Of a DNA stretch of 64,000 nucleotides, positions 19,638-29,687 are shown piece after piece. Made by a program: the position numbers and the translations under genes. Location: positions 1-64,000 of the IMG/VR virus record IMGVR_UViG_3300048924_000191, one strand, 5' to 3'. The stretch's first letter is position 1. Each line of letters starts with the position of its first letter. The notes under the pieces were generated by a model. It saw only the letters and a list, made by a program, of their open reading frames with translations, did not search any database and was not told the DNA's origin. Origin of the DNA: a virus.

Positions 19638-20324
19638 ATGACGATCGAAGACCTGCTCTTGTATTGCAAGGTGCGCTTTGGGGAATACAAAGCCCAGATC
19701 TTCCGACTCATCAAATCGAAAGCAGGTCGAGTCCTCCACGCGGGGGACTCCGACAAGCTCGAAGGGTTGAGTTTGGCAGACCTCATCGCCATCATGCGTG
19801 GCGAAGTCAATACGCACGAAAACAACCACAACCTCCCTCACGGGGAAACACTCGCTCAATTGGGCGGGATCACGAAAGCTACGTTCGACCAAAGGGCGGC
19901 TAACTACTTCCCTAAGGACGGAGTGCCGATCAGCAAGCTGCCTGCTCCAACGGCCTTGCCGATCAGTGGGTCATCCATCACGGTCAACGCCTCGAACATT
20001 GTGTATTGTGGTCGTAAGGTCGCAGTACCTGCTCAGGCGTTGGCATTGAGTGGAACGGTGCGACAGTACATCAAGATCACGATGTCCGGACAACCTCCAG
20101 CCTACGGGATTCAGTACACGCTGAGTACCAACCCAGGCGAGGATATCCGCAACATGATTGTTGGGTGGGTTGACTATTCCAACGGATCGTACGTCCCGAC
20201 GTTCTTCGGATCGACAAGGATCGGTTATGCAGTGATCAGCACCACGCCTCGCGGCTTGGGTATCCCGACCTCGGCTGGTTCGCAAGCTGCGCCTAGTTCG
20301 ACCAACCCTGGCTGGTATTCGTAA
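19638..20324 (+). CDS. tail fibre-like protein (228 aa)
   Basis: AGDSDKLEGLSLADLIAIMRGEVNTHENNHNLPHGETLAQLGGIT is the same fibre N-terminal motif. ATG lies 2 nt after the previous stop. Confidence 0.6.
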   Translation: MTIEDLLLYCKVRFGEYKAQIFRLIKSKAGRVLHAGDSDKLEGLSLADLIAIMRGEVNTHENNHNLPHGETLAQLGGITKATFDQRAANYFPKDGVPISKLPAPTALPISGSSITVNASNIVYCGRKVAVPAQALALSGTVRQYIKITMSGQPPAYGIQYTLSTNPGEDIRNMIVGWVDYSNGSYVPTFFGSTRIGYAVISTTPRGLGIPTSAGSQAAPSSTNPGWYS

Positions 20325-20334
20325 GGAGGGTCAC

Positions 20335-21078
20335 ATGGCTGGTCCAAAAACAGCGTTAGCGCTATTTCGGAAGGTTACGTTTGCAGCGTACCACTTCCAA
20401 ATCAAGCGTGTCTTGAAAGAACGCGTCAGGAAACTCGCTACGAGGTCTGGTGATACGACCCTCCTCTTACCCAACTGGAGTGTCTTTGAGTTGCTGAAGG
20501 TCGCTAGAGCGGCTCTGGCAGCACACATCGCCAGGCGAGACAACCCTCACCAGGAAACGATGCGCTCGATCGGCTCGTATACCGACGCTGACATCGTCGC
20601 TAAGTTGTCGAAGAAGGTCCCGAACTCCATTGTCCCGGTCTCCTCGTACGGGGTGTTGGATTTCATGACCGACGCTGAAGTCGCAGCGGCGTGGGTACCG
20701 TCAGGGTTCACGCTGACCTGCAACCGGTCGATGAGGGCTATCCTTTCAGGTACGCCTTACGTCCTGCCGGCTGCTACCATCAACCTCTACACGGTCGATG
20801 CAAACCCTGCGAACAAAACGTTCAACATTTACTTAAGAGCGCAGTTCGGGTTGATCCGGTACGAGTGCCGGGCAGATACACCACCCGAATCGGTGTCGAT
20901 TATGTTCTTGGGTTCGATCACGACTAACGGAGCGGGTATCGTCAGTAAGTCGTTCTCGACCGTCTACAGACTCGACACATTCCGCCTCAGCCTGCAACCG
21001 GTCGGTTCTGCCATCCCTGTGGCGAGCGGACCTATCGATGCTCCAGCCAAGTTCCCTGCTAGCTGGAATCCCCTTTAA
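20335..21078 (+). CDS. tail fibre-like protein (247 aa)
   Basis: SGDTTLL...AAHIARRDNPHQETMRSIGSYT is the same motif class. Architecture is paralogous to 19638..20324. Confidence 0.6.
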   Translation: MAGPKTALALFRKVTFAAYHFQIKRVLKERVRKLATRSGDTTLLLPNWSVFELLKVARAALAAHIARRDNPHQETMRSIGSYTDADIVAKLSKKVPNSIVPVSSYGVLDFMTDAEVAAAWVPSGFTLTCNRSMRAILSGTPYVLPAATINLYTVDANPANKTFNIYLRAQFGLIRYECRADTPPESVSIMFLGSITTNGAGIVSKSFSTVYRLDTFRLSLQPVGSAIPVASGPIDAPAKFPASWNPL

Positions 21079-21090
21079 GGAAGCCTTACG

Positions 21091-21723
21091 ATGAAACAGC
21101 CTGTCCCAGAAGCACCCACTAACGTCCAGCACTCCAACCCGTACAACGACATCAGTCGCGGACTGTTCGTTATCCGCAACCCAGAGTCGTCGATCAAACT
21201 CGCTCGAGTGCATGCCGCTACCTGGGTGACCAAAGGACCGGCTGCTGGTATCGGTCATCTGCAGTTCCAGCTGATGGGTTATACCGCTCAGCCTACGACT
21301 GCAGAGGAATACGCAAACGGCGTTCTGCTGGATGCGCCAGACGGTACCAAGTGGTTCGACTGCCTTACCCGAGGACTGGTCACCAAACCGATCATGGCCG
21401 AGTATTGGGCCATCAACATCTTCTACGCTCACTACATCAACGTAGACGCGGAGAAGCTTTCTCAGGAAGAGATCGACAACGCCAACACACAGGCCGCTGT
21501 GTTTACCGCTACCATGGGTAAACCTTACGATCTGAAGGCCATCGATTTCCAAGTGTCGTTCCAAGCTGTCGGGGGTCAACCGATCTCCCGCATCAGCATG
21601 GCACTTGGGATCGACTATGAACTCAATGGCGCAGCCGAGCACATGGATATCGGCGATTTCCCAACAGTGGACTTCGACCCTGTGCGCTTTGCTGGTTTGA
21701 CAATCAGGAATCAACGGGAGTAA
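21091..21723 (+). CDS. hypothetical structural-module protein (210 aa)
   Basis: ORF track. Packed between the fibre genes and the endolysin. No motif recognised. Confidence 0.55.
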   Translation: MKQPVPEAPTNVQHSNPYNDISRGLFVIRNPESSIKLARVHAATWVTKGPAAGIGHLQFQLMGYTAQPTTAEEYANGVLLDAPDGTKWFDCLTRGLVTKPIMAEYWAINIFYAHYINVDAEKLSQEEIDNANTQAAVFTATMGKPYDLKAIDFQVSFQAVGGQPISRISMALGIDYELNGAAEHMDIGDFPTVDFDPVRFAGLTIRNQRE

Positions 21724-21726
21724 GTC

Positions 21727-22413
21727 ATGGCTACCAAGCCTGATGCAAGCGTTAAAAAGACCCAGGAGATGTTGAACAGTCTGGGCTTCAACTGCGGTAC
21801 GCCTGATGGGCTGTGGGGACCCAAGTCCCTCGGTGCGTACACGTCCCTCCTCAACGCCACAATCGATCCGTCCAAACCTCTTGGGGTACGGCGTGTCGGT
21901 TGGGGGCAGAAGTTCTCCGCACCTGCACTGACTCGTCTGGCGCAAATGGTCAAAGATCTGCGTTGCGAACCAGTGTCCATCAGTACCTTCATGGGCTGTA
22001 TGGCGTGGGAGACTGGTCGTAGTCTCAGCCCTGCGGAGAAGAACAAGATCTCCGGAGCTACGGGCCTGATCCAGTTCATGGAACCTACCGCCAAAGGCCT
22101 GGGTACCAGTCAAGCTGCGCTCGCGAAGATGAGCGTACTCGAACAACTGGAATACGTCTACCTGCACTTCAAGCCGTTCGCCGGTAAGCTGAAGAACGAT
22201 GGTGACGTTTACATGACCATCCTCCTGCCTCGTGCCGTCGGTAAAGCTGACGACTACGTGCTGTGGGACAAGTCTAACTATCCAACCGCGTTCTCGCAGA
22301 ACAAAGGTCTGGATCTGAACGACGATGGTCTGATCACCCGTACTGAGTGCATGCACAAGGTGCGTAACCTGATCGTCGAAGGCTTCCTGCCGAACAACGT
22401 TCTGGTCTGCTAA
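21727..22413 (+). CDS. endolysin: N-terminal peptidoglycan-binding domain plus C-terminal lytic transglycosylase-like domain
   Basis: VKKTQEMLNSLGFNCGTPDGLWGPKSLGAYTSL fits the PG_binding_1 consensus. CMAWETGRS...SGATGLIQFMEPTAKGLG fits the SLT/goose-lysozyme-type catalytic Glu plus GLMQ-like motif. Same layout as the phiKZ gp144-type lysins. Confidence 0.8.
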   Translation: MATKPDASVKKTQEMLNSLGFNCGTPDGLWGPKSLGAYTSLLNATIDPSKPLGVRRVGWGQKFSAPALTRLAQMVKDLRCEPVSISTFMGCMAWETGRSLSPAEKNKISGATGLIQFMEPTAKGLGTSQAALAKMSVLEQLEYVYLHFKPFAGKLKNDGDVYMTILLPRAVGKADDYVLWDKSNYPTAFSQNKGLDLNDDGLITRTECMHKVRNLIVEGFLPNNVLVC

Positions 22414-22429
22414 GCAAAAAAAAAGAAGA

Positions 22430-22462
22430 CATACAGCCCGGGCATTGTGCCCGGGCTGTATG
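22430..22462. terminator. bidirectional hairpin, copy 3 of the repeated element (compensatory variant)
   Basis: catacagcccgggc attgt gcccgggctgtatg. One stem position differs from copies 1 and 2 on both arms, preserving pairing. The A9 run upstream gives a U-tract for the minus-strand transcript. Confidence 0.7.
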
Positions 22463-22484
22463 CTGTTCGCCACCCGTTGAGATT

Positions 22485-23207
22485 TTAGACCGTGGTGTCA
22501 CACTTCCCTTCGCCGAGCACGGCAACCTTGCGCACCAACTCAGCCATGACTTCAGGGGTCTTGGCCAGATAGTCGAGTTCGACATGATCCAGGCGCAATG
22601 CACCGATCTGAATGTCGCGACGATAGGAAGTAATAACCACTTCGATCTCGACGATCTTGACGTTGACACTGCGGTTGATGTTCATCCATCCGCGTTCTTT
22701 GTCGACGTCCAGGTGAAGAGCGACCTCCTCGTTGTCGATACCCAGCTGTACCGAACAGCGCATTGCCCGCTGACACGCCGTCGATTCGACGAATTCCAGA
22801 GAGGAGTTGGTAGTCAGCATAACGCCACTGTTCGATGCTATCTTGACGTTCTTGAGTGTTGCGTTACGCACGTATTCGCCGAAAGCAATCTCGCCATCAG
22901 CGGGTGGGGAAAGGAGGGCAAACAGATTGACGCCAAACTTTCGTTCATCCTGAACCTCTCCAGAAATACACAGCGCATCGAGGTCCAGAGCGATGGTTTC
23001 GAACCGAGTGTTCATCGGTATCTCAGCCGGCTTCCAGTCGACCATTGCTTGTTTGAGATCGTTCAACCCTTTGACATAATCGTAGTGGTCGAAGTTATAA
23101 CCAGTAGTAGCGAGTGCGTGTTTGAGAATTTCCTCAACACGTTCCTTGGACACTTCTACTTGTTTATCCCCAAAAGAGAGGATGGCGTTAGGACGAGTTT
23201 CGTACAT
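22485..23207 (-). CDS. hypothetical protein (240 aa)
   Basis: ORF track 22485..23246. Start moved to ATG 23207 (MYETRPN) with AAGGTGA 7 nt upstream. The 13 upstream codons use locally rare codons (gta, cta, tta). Confidence 0.6.
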   Translation of the reverse strand: MYETRPNAILSFGDKQVEVSKERVEEILKHALATTGYNFDHYDYVKGLNDLKQAMVDWKPAEIPMNTRFETIALDLDALCISGEVQDERKFGVNLFALLSPPADGEIAFGEYVRNATLKNVKIASNSGVMLTTNSSLEFVESTACQRAMRCSVQLGIDNEEVALHLDVDKERGWMNINRSVNVKIVEIEVVITSYRRDIQIGALRLDHVELDYLAKTPEVMAELVRKVAVLGEGKCDTTV

Positions 23208-23469
23208 GTGTAAATCACCTTGTAGAGAATGATTGTTTACTTGCATGAAAGAGGTATTTTAATTAAGTAATTACCTTTCATTGATTTGCAGCATAAAGAC
23301 CCTCCCCTACCCCTGGCGGAGTAAAGCACTGGAGAAGTTCGCATCGTTACACTCGCTCACGTTTCTGGACCGTCAACTTCGCTTCGCTACGTTTCCTAAA
23401 GAATAAGGAAGAAGGCGTGTTACAAAAGATTCGATTACTTATTAACTGTTTACGGCATAAAGAAACCAA
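23208..23469 (-). promoter_or_regulatory. long non-coding spacer with AT-rich promoter-like segment
   Basis: The whole ORF-free gap between the two same-strand genes is about 300 nt (23208..23507); this feature covers the part up to the terminator hairpin. The AT-rich core ggtattttaattaagtaattacc (23253..23275) lies about 50 nt upstream of start 23207. The middle part (23290..23400) is GC-balanced and unassigned. Confidence 0.35.
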
Positions 23470-23495
23470 GACTACCTGGCCGAAACCAGGTAGTC
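23470..23495 (-). terminator. hairpin terminator downstream of the 976-aa gene
   Basis: gactacctgg ccgaaa ccaggtagtc, a 10-bp perfect stem 13 nt after stop 23508. A T-rich tract follows on the minus strand (ttggtttctttat). Confidence 0.6.
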
Positions 23496-23507
23496 GAGGT
23501 AATCACG

Positions 23508-26438
23508 TCAAACTTTAGGAGGTGTGGTATCGATACCAAGATCGAGGTCAGGAACCCCGGTATCGTCATCTTCCTTCTGAGTACCTTCGTCAGCTTGCTC
23601 CTGCTGCTGATCTTGATCGGCGTTAGCCGTGCTGTCATCGTCTTCCTTCTGAGCTTGAGTATCCTCTTCCTGAGGACCATCTTGATCAGTGGTATCCAGA
23701 ATGACATCGTCGTCTTGCTGAACGTTGTCGTCTGGTTGGTCGTTATCTCCAGGCTGAGTATCTGCCGGAGCTTCCTGACCGAAGGTTTCGTCACTGTCCA
23801 GAGGCTGGGCTTCAGCAATCGCCCGAGCCTTCTCATCCATATTTGCAACCGACTCGTTGCGAGTCTTACGACGGATGGCGTCTTTAGCAGCCCGCTTACT
23901 GTATTCAGCGAATGCAGCGTTCAGACCCTCTACGTGAGCTGCCATCTCTTCGTTCAGTTCCATCAGCGGCTTACCATCTTCGCCACTACCGAACACGTCC
24001 ATCTCACGGAACAGACCACGAGTACGCAAGAACTCACGCAACTTGACGCCTTTCCAAGCAGCGATCATCGACGGCAATGCTTCCCGCTGGATCTGGGTAG
24101 CGTAACCATCGAGGTATTCGTCCTTGACAAAGGCCGCGATGATCTTGTCGAGGAACTGATCGTACTTGTCGTAAATCTCCATGTGCTTCTCGAGGTTGTC
24201 GATATCAGGCGCAGGGAGTGTTACGGTGAGGTTGTTGATGAACTCTTGCAGGTAGACCTCATGGTCACCTTCGAAGTCTTCTGGCAACCACTTCTTGTTC
24301 TCCTCAATGATAGCCAACAGGTCATCGATGAGGATACCGTCGTTCATGGTCGAGATCCGAACGTAGTCGGTGAGCATCGGGTTGGTCTGACGCTGAACCA
24401 TCATCACCCGCTTAAGCAGCAGCAGGTTGTTGTTCACGGCCGTGGTCGCAAACTCAGGCTGGTTCATGTTGTCCACCATCTCTGGCGTCACGCTGAACAC
24501 GCGACATACGTCATCGCGAGCCTGATTGAGGGTGTCGGTATCGATAGCCACTTGCTGCGATTCACGCGGCTGGATAGACGTCTTGATTTCCGGGAAGCGA
24601 GGGTTACCCGACACCGACACGGAGTAGGACGTCATTTGCAGCGCTTCAGCAATACCCTGAGGACTGTTGATCGCCATCGGCAATTGGTTGAACGCCAGTG
24701 CCATTGCCTCGTTGACCAGGTAACCCACGGTCTCGGTAGGGTTCTTGTCGCTAGGGTCCAGCTCGATCACGATATCCTTCCCAGGAATCGCGTTGTTGAT
24801 CGAACCCATGACGTGTGCCACCATCAGGTTTGCACGCATAGCGCACAGGCCTTTGGCGTCTTCGAGTATGGATTTACCCACGCCATACTCGTTGAAGTCG
24901 TACGCCATGTAAACCATCATCTCGGCCGGTACATACAGCAGAGTGGTTTGTTGGTTCTTGAGCGTACGGGCAAGCATCAGCTTGTCGATATGCTCAGTAC
25001 GACCCAACTCGAATTGCCCACCCATCGCACCCGACTTCAGACGCGACATGAGGTCACGCTCGATCACGTCACCGCACAGCTGAGCCATCCGGTCAATCGC
25101 GATGTCAGAGGCGTTGGCAATACCACCGTTGATCGCACCAGCTGCCATGTTCAGCAACTCACCAGCGATCTGGTTACCAGAACCTACCTGCTCGCCACCA
25201 CCCAACATCCCACGACGTACATCGTCGTAGTAGTCAAGGGTTTTGACCGACGCCACTGGGAAGCCGTTACCGTCTTGGATCACCCAGTAGCCGATGTGGT
25301 TCTTACGGTCACCTGGGATACAAACAGGGATAACCGCTTGAGTCGGCAAGTGATACTTCAGTGGGTGACCTACGGTGTGGCCGCCGGACTGTTTGAGCGT
25401 TGGGAGCACTTCCATGCGGGAGCGCTTCGGCTGCTGAGGTTTGCGGAAGAACCGACTGTAGATCTGGTTGTCGGTGAGACCTTTCTTCTGCTTCTTCGAG
25501 TAGCCAGGCGACGTTTCCAACTGAGGATTCTTATCGTCCTTGTTGTTCTTGTCGTCATCCTGCGAAGACTCCGCTTCACGACGCAACCGGTCACGACGGC
25601 GGGATTCGAGCGTCAGTTCGCCGTAAGCGGTCTGCATCATCCGCTCACGCTTGAGTTCCTGTACGGCAGGAGCGCGTAGGGAAGCCAAGTTATCTGTTAC
25701 GCGGAACGGCAATGGTACGGTCTTCTTGACCTTACCTTCAGTGCTGATTTCAGCCTTGATGGTATGGTAATCGGCCATGTCCTGGAAACTGATCCGGGTT
25801 TTGGCCGACTCGAAACTCGCGTAATCGGTACCACCCGCCGTGGCGACTCGCAGGCCGAGCACGCCCTTAGGCCGGAACCAGCCATTCCACCATTCCCCGT
25901 CGTAGTTTGCCACCGACTCCATACTGGCGTCGTTGTTCGAACCGTTAACCATACGGTCGAGTGCAGCCTCTGGGATGATGAGGATTGGGTGAGCGCCGTG
26001 CAGAATCAACGCTTCGTCGATCCACTCGTGTAGCTTGTTGGGGGTCTGCTCTTCGTCAATGAAGTGCTCTTTGAGACGATCGGTCATCAAACCCGTCAGT
26101 TGACTATCCGTGCCCGTTACCTTGCCATCGAAGATGAGCGTGGTGGTGACCAAGTCACCCGGTGCGCAGATTGCACTGACAAGGATGTCTCGCGGCAGGT
26201 TAAGGTCCGGCATCACCTTGAAGATGTTGGCGATGTCAGACACGTCCCGCAAGTTGCGACGGAAGACGTCGGCTAGAGCCTGAACGTCAATCGATCGACC
26301 GCTACCGTTGTTATTGTTCGTCCTGGCAGCCGGCCCGGTGCGGTCCATGACCAGACGCTGCACGAGACGATTGTCGGCCTCACTACCTTTCTTGAATGGC
26401 TCGGCCCGACTTGGGAGCCTCGAATCATTATCGGCCAT
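23508..26438 (-). CDS. large virion protein (976 aa), candidate portal; function uncertain
   Basis: ORF track. Very acidic, low-complexity C-terminus (DNDQPDDNVQQDDDV...QKEDDDTGVPDLDLG). The portal call rests only on size and position beside structural genes. Confidence 0.55.
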   Translation of the reverse strand: MADNDSRLPSRAEPFKKGSEADNRLVQRLVMDRTGPAARTNNNNGSGRSIDVQALADVFRRNLRDVSDIANIFKVMPDLNLPRDILVSAICAPGDLVTTTLIFDGKVTGTDSQLTGLMTDRLKEHFIDEEQTPNKLHEWIDEALILHGAHPILIIPEAALDRMVNGSNNDASMESVANYDGEWWNGWFRPKGVLGLRVATAGGTDYASFESAKTRISFQDMADYHTIKAEISTEGKVKKTVPLPFRVTDNLASLRAPAVQELKRERMMQTAYGELTLESRRRDRLRREAESSQDDDKNNKDDKNPQLETSPGYSKKQKKGLTDNQIYSRFFRKPQQPKRSRMEVLPTLKQSGGHTVGHPLKYHLPTQAVIPVCIPGDRKNHIGYWVIQDGNGFPVASVKTLDYYDDVRRGMLGGGEQVGSGNQIAGELLNMAAGAINGGIANASDIAIDRMAQLCGDVIERDLMSRLKSGAMGGQFELGRTEHIDKLMLARTLKNQQTTLLYVPAEMMVYMAYDFNEYGVGKSILEDAKGLCAMRANLMVAHVMGSINNAIPGKDIVIELDPSDKNPTETVGYLVNEAMALAFNQLPMAINSPQGIAEALQMTSYSVSVSGNPRFPEIKTSIQPRESQQVAIDTDTLNQARDDVCRVFSVTPEMVDNMNQPEFATTAVNNNLLLLKRVMMVQRQTNPMLTDYVRISTMNDGILIDDLLAIIEENKKWLPEDFEGDHEVYLQEFINNLTVTLPAPDIDNLEKHMEIYDKYDQFLDKIIAAFVKDEYLDGYATQIQREALPSMIAAWKGVKLREFLRTRGLFREMDVFGSGEDGKPLMELNEEMAAHVEGLNAAFAEYSKRAAKDAIRRKTRNESVANMDEKARAIAEAQPLDSDETFGQEAPADTQPGDNDQPDDNVQQDDDVILDTTDQDGPQEEDTQAQKEDDDSTANADQDQQQEQADEGTQKEDDDTGVPDLDLGIDTTPPKV

Positions 26439-26469
26439 CTACACCTCTCCTGTACAGATCGGGGTCGCT

Positions 26470-28698
26470 ATGAATGCGTACTATAAGCTTTATTTGGACA
26501 GCGTCTTCAGACTGGCAACATCGCTAGTTCTCAAGAGCTCGATTACAGCCGACCGAATGAACAGTCGGTTGAAAACTCTTGGGTTCGATGTGAACCCTGA
26601 CGATCCTGCCAGTTGGAAGTACTACCGTAACCTTGCCGGCCTGTACCACACGGCCGACACGATGATGACCGTAACCTCGCTGGACACTCGCGAGATCATC
26701 GACTTCACCATCGAGAATCTGAAGGTACACCGGGCTACTCGCCGGGAGTACAAGTTCGGGTCGGACTACTACAAGGCCTTGCTCAAACGCTACCCAGATC
26801 AGTCAATCCTGATCGGGGGCATCATCGGCCCAATCGACACCGCGACGGCTATTGCGTCGAAAGATCATAACATCTTGTCTTACGACATGGCGTTGGTCGA
26901 ATCGAACGAACAGCAGTTGATTCCCGGTATCCAGCGCTACATCGACCTGATGTTCGTACGCTGGCACAACGCCGACTACAACCTGTTCGAGCCGTTCTAC
27001 TACACAATGATGTTGGCGGGTCTTGCAGGTCAGCTGGTTCCTGAGATACTCAACCTGCGTAAGCTGGCTACCAAGACCGATCAGGCGCATAGCTATCACA
27101 TCAGGCAATACCTGATGAGCTTCAGTCCGGTGGGTCGTGAGTTCGACTTCCTGACTCAGAAGCAGAAGCTGTATCTGTATCGGAACATCCGTTACCTGAA
27201 TCTGAACATCGGACGTCAGGAGATTCTGGATGAACTGACGCAGAAGATCCTGACCGATCGCGGTTTCTCGCTGGCTAAGTACATGATCGAGCACAACTAC
27301 GGCAAGATGCCGATCGATGCTCTTGATCCTGAGATCCGGTTGAATCGCATTACCGTCAACGGTATCGAGCCTGCGTTCGGCAGTAACTCCAAGACCGTGG
27401 CTGAAATGCTCGACATGGAACTGCCGCTGGCTAGGGACAACCCACTGCACTGGGAAGAAGCACTGGCAGACACCACTTGGAAGATGACCAACTCCTTGTG
27501 GAACAAGTTGCCAACCAAGGTGCTTGAGTCGAACGTCGTTGACCTGACTGACGCAGAACCGTTTACGTTGACGGAGGTGCTCCTTAACCACTGGATCTAC
27601 CTATCGCATTTCAACTACTTCAAGTCCGTCATCACGTTCACCAACCCTGCGAACGGCGATAAGTACAACCTGTCGGTGAAGGATGCCTTCATCTTCTATC
27701 TGTACGCCTACAACGCTTCTAACGCTATCAAGCTGAAGAAGGTCCCGACCATCAGTGCTAACCGTGTTCGCCGGATTCCTCCTGCGACCTGGAACGAGCT
27801 GCGGGGCATGGCAGACAAGAAGAAGGTGCCGGACTACTACGTCGACAAGATCATCGACGATCAGGTACCGATCATTCCCTACATCTCCACGGAAGCCTTC
27901 CGTGAAGCGTGTGTGGACATCCACAAGATCATGTTGGCCCATCGTGAGATGCGCTTCTACAACGGCGACTACATCGCTGAAGGTCAGTTGCACACGATCA
28001 TAGATCGTTGCTACATGGACATCCGCATCGATCTGGGTGAGAACGCGTACTACCAAGACTGGTTGGATGAGAAGGGGATTGACACCTCGGCAATGGGACG
28101 GCTGGAATACAGCCTAATCGCCGCTGAGATCTTCAAGACAGCCACCGGTGGGGATCTGGGCAACCAGACCACTACCCGTCAAGTGCACGCTGCCATGATC
28201 CGCATCATGCGCACGCTGTCCCCTTACTCCGTGCAGTTTATTGCACAGATCAACGACAGTCCGATCAAGATCATCGACGGGAAGTTCCCGACGCTTACGA
28301 TCCCACACATGAAGAGCTACTCGCACATTGATGTCGAGTTGGTGATTCCGGTCATTCAGGACATGAATGCTCGTGAGCACACGTACCACCACGTACCGGT
28401 TCCGGTGCCTCTGATGGGTGTGCGAATCACCGAAGAGAAGGCTCGGATGTTCGTGCCGGTCGAAGCGTTGATCAAGGTCAAGGCTACCACCACCAAGTAC
28501 ATGCCTACCGAAATCGCAGCGCCTAAGGTGTTTCTGCGAGACCCTGAGGTTGTGGACATCTCCACACTTGAATGGGACGGTGTGGTTGGGTACGAAGCCA
28601 TTCCACCGAAAGATTTGTCGGAGATGTTTACCGACAATCAATTGAGTGGGTATGAACAACTGACGGAATCTCGCCGACAATCGTTGCTGAGGGCCTGA
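26470..28698 (+). CDS. large virion structural protein (742 aa)
   Basis: ORF track 26308..28698. Start moved to ATG 26470 (MNAYYKLYL), since the upstream part would overlap the divergent gene. First gene of a plus block that continues into the paralog family. Confidence 0.6.
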   Translation: MNAYYKLYLDSVFRLATSLVLKSSITADRMNSRLKTLGFDVNPDDPASWKYYRNLAGLYHTADTMMTVTSLDTREIIDFTIENLKVHRATRREYKFGSDYYKALLKRYPDQSILIGGIIGPIDTATAIASKDHNILSYDMALVESNEQQLIPGIQRYIDLMFVRWHNADYNLFEPFYYTMMLAGLAGQLVPEILNLRKLATKTDQAHSYHIRQYLMSFSPVGREFDFLTQKQKLYLYRNIRYLNLNIGRQEILDELTQKILTDRGFSLAKYMIEHNYGKMPIDALDPEIRLNRITVNGIEPAFGSNSKTVAEMLDMELPLARDNPLHWEEALADTTWKMTNSLWNKLPTKVLESNVVDLTDAEPFTLTEVLLNHWIYLSHFNYFKSVITFTNPANGDKYNLSVKDAFIFYLYAYNASNAIKLKKVPTISANRVRRIPPATWNELRGMADKKKVPDYYVDKIIDDQVPIIPYISTEAFREACVDIHKIMLAHREMRFYNGDYIAEGQLHTIIDRCYMDIRIDLGENAYYQDWLDEKGIDTSAMGRLEYSLIAAEIFKTATGGDLGNQTTTRQVHAAMIRIMRTLSPYSVQFIAQINDSPIKIIDGKFPTLTIPHMKSYSHIDVELVIPVIQDMNAREHTYHHVPVPVPLMGVRITEEKARMFVPVEALIKVKATTTKYMPTEIAAPKVFLRDPEVVDISTLEWDGVVGYEAIPPKDLSEMFTDNQLSGYEQLTESRRQSLLRA

Positions 28699-28709
28699 GG
28701 ACAAGAACG

Positions 28710-29666
28710 ATGATTGCACCAGAGATCTTATTCAGGATGCATCCTGAAGATGCCGTCAGAGCCATGATTGGTGAGAAGGTAAAGCGTCCCATGAAGGCCG
28801 ACTACCTGAGGCTTGGTAAACCCAAGTCCTTGGGTGGTCTTCGTACCTCGGTGGAAGTGACGTTGGACCGCAGTAGAGCACCGGTGGAGTTGTGGGATCG
28901 GGAAGGGTCATACTTCTTCGAATACGATCGTACCGACATCGGTCAGTTCCTTCAAAGCACTAACAGAACCCTCAAAACGGCACTGCCTGTGGATGTGGTG
29001 AATATCCTGACGGCTATCCTGTCGCCGTTTGCTATCCCAGTGGATGAGCAGGACGTTGTACCTGCCGTCTTCCTCACGCTGGGACAAGCTGACATCAATG
29101 CTAACGACGATTCGTATCGTTGGGTAGGCGACACCACAGCTACGTTGATTGCGCGTGTCATCGAGCTTTCTACGCTGCTTAAGGTTGCTCGTCTGATCGT
29201 ACCGTTCGACAGGAACTACAAGTCGTCCACCGTCAAGGACAGTATCGCTTTGCAGTTGAGTATGGCGAACGCTACGGCGCTGGATGTACCGATCACTGCG
29301 GCGATGTTTGCTCTGTCTACTCCAGTGGTAAATGGATCGACCACGTCCGAGGATAACACCAAGGTAGATCTGACCTTCAACGGTCTACCCTACTCAGGCA
29401 CGGTCAGCGTCACGTACCAACGTCGTTCGTTTGGTAATACGTTCCGCAAGCCGGTCCAGCTTTCTGGCACACAACTGTCTAATAAACAGCAGCTTGCCAC
29501 CAAGCTTTCCGTCCAAATGGGATGTGAGATCCTCGCTGCGGACATCCGCAATGAGGTATTCCCTGCCCAATCTGTGGGGTCCGTACAGGACATCCCCGTC
29601 ACGTTTGACGACAGTTCGCTGGCTTATGTTGGCACTGTTCTGGTCAAGTACCGAAGAACTTCTTGA
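28710..29666 (+). CDS. paralog-family protein with two tandem copies of the shared module
   Basis: Copy 1: LRLGKPKSLGGLRTSVEVTL..FEYDRTDIG..NILTAILSPFAIPVDEQDV..SYRWVGDTTATL. Copy 2: ALSTPVVNG..TKVDLTF..VTYQRRSFG..LATKLSVQMGCEILAADI..SLAYVGTVLVKY. Confidence 0.6.
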   Translation: MIAPEILFRMHPEDAVRAMIGEKVKRPMKADYLRLGKPKSLGGLRTSVEVTLDRSRAPVELWDREGSYFFEYDRTDIGQFLQSTNRTLKTALPVDVVNILTAILSPFAIPVDEQDVVPAVFLTLGQADINANDDSYRWVGDTTATLIARVIELSTLLKVARLIVPFDRNYKSSTVKDSIALQLSMANATALDVPITAAMFALSTPVVNGSTTSEDNTKVDLTFNGLPYSGTVSVTYQRRSFGNTFRKPVQLSGTQLSNKQQLATKLSVQMGCEILAADIRNEVFPAQSVGSVQDIPVTFDDSSLAYVGTVLVKYRRTS

Positions 29667-29687
29667 GTTCGTTACGGATAAACAACC

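Noticed and set aside
23508-26438. Confident portal assignment for the 976-aa protein.
   Set aside because: Only size, the acidic tail and neighbourhood support it, and I recognise no portal motif by eye. It is kept as a low-certainty suggestion in the feature call only.
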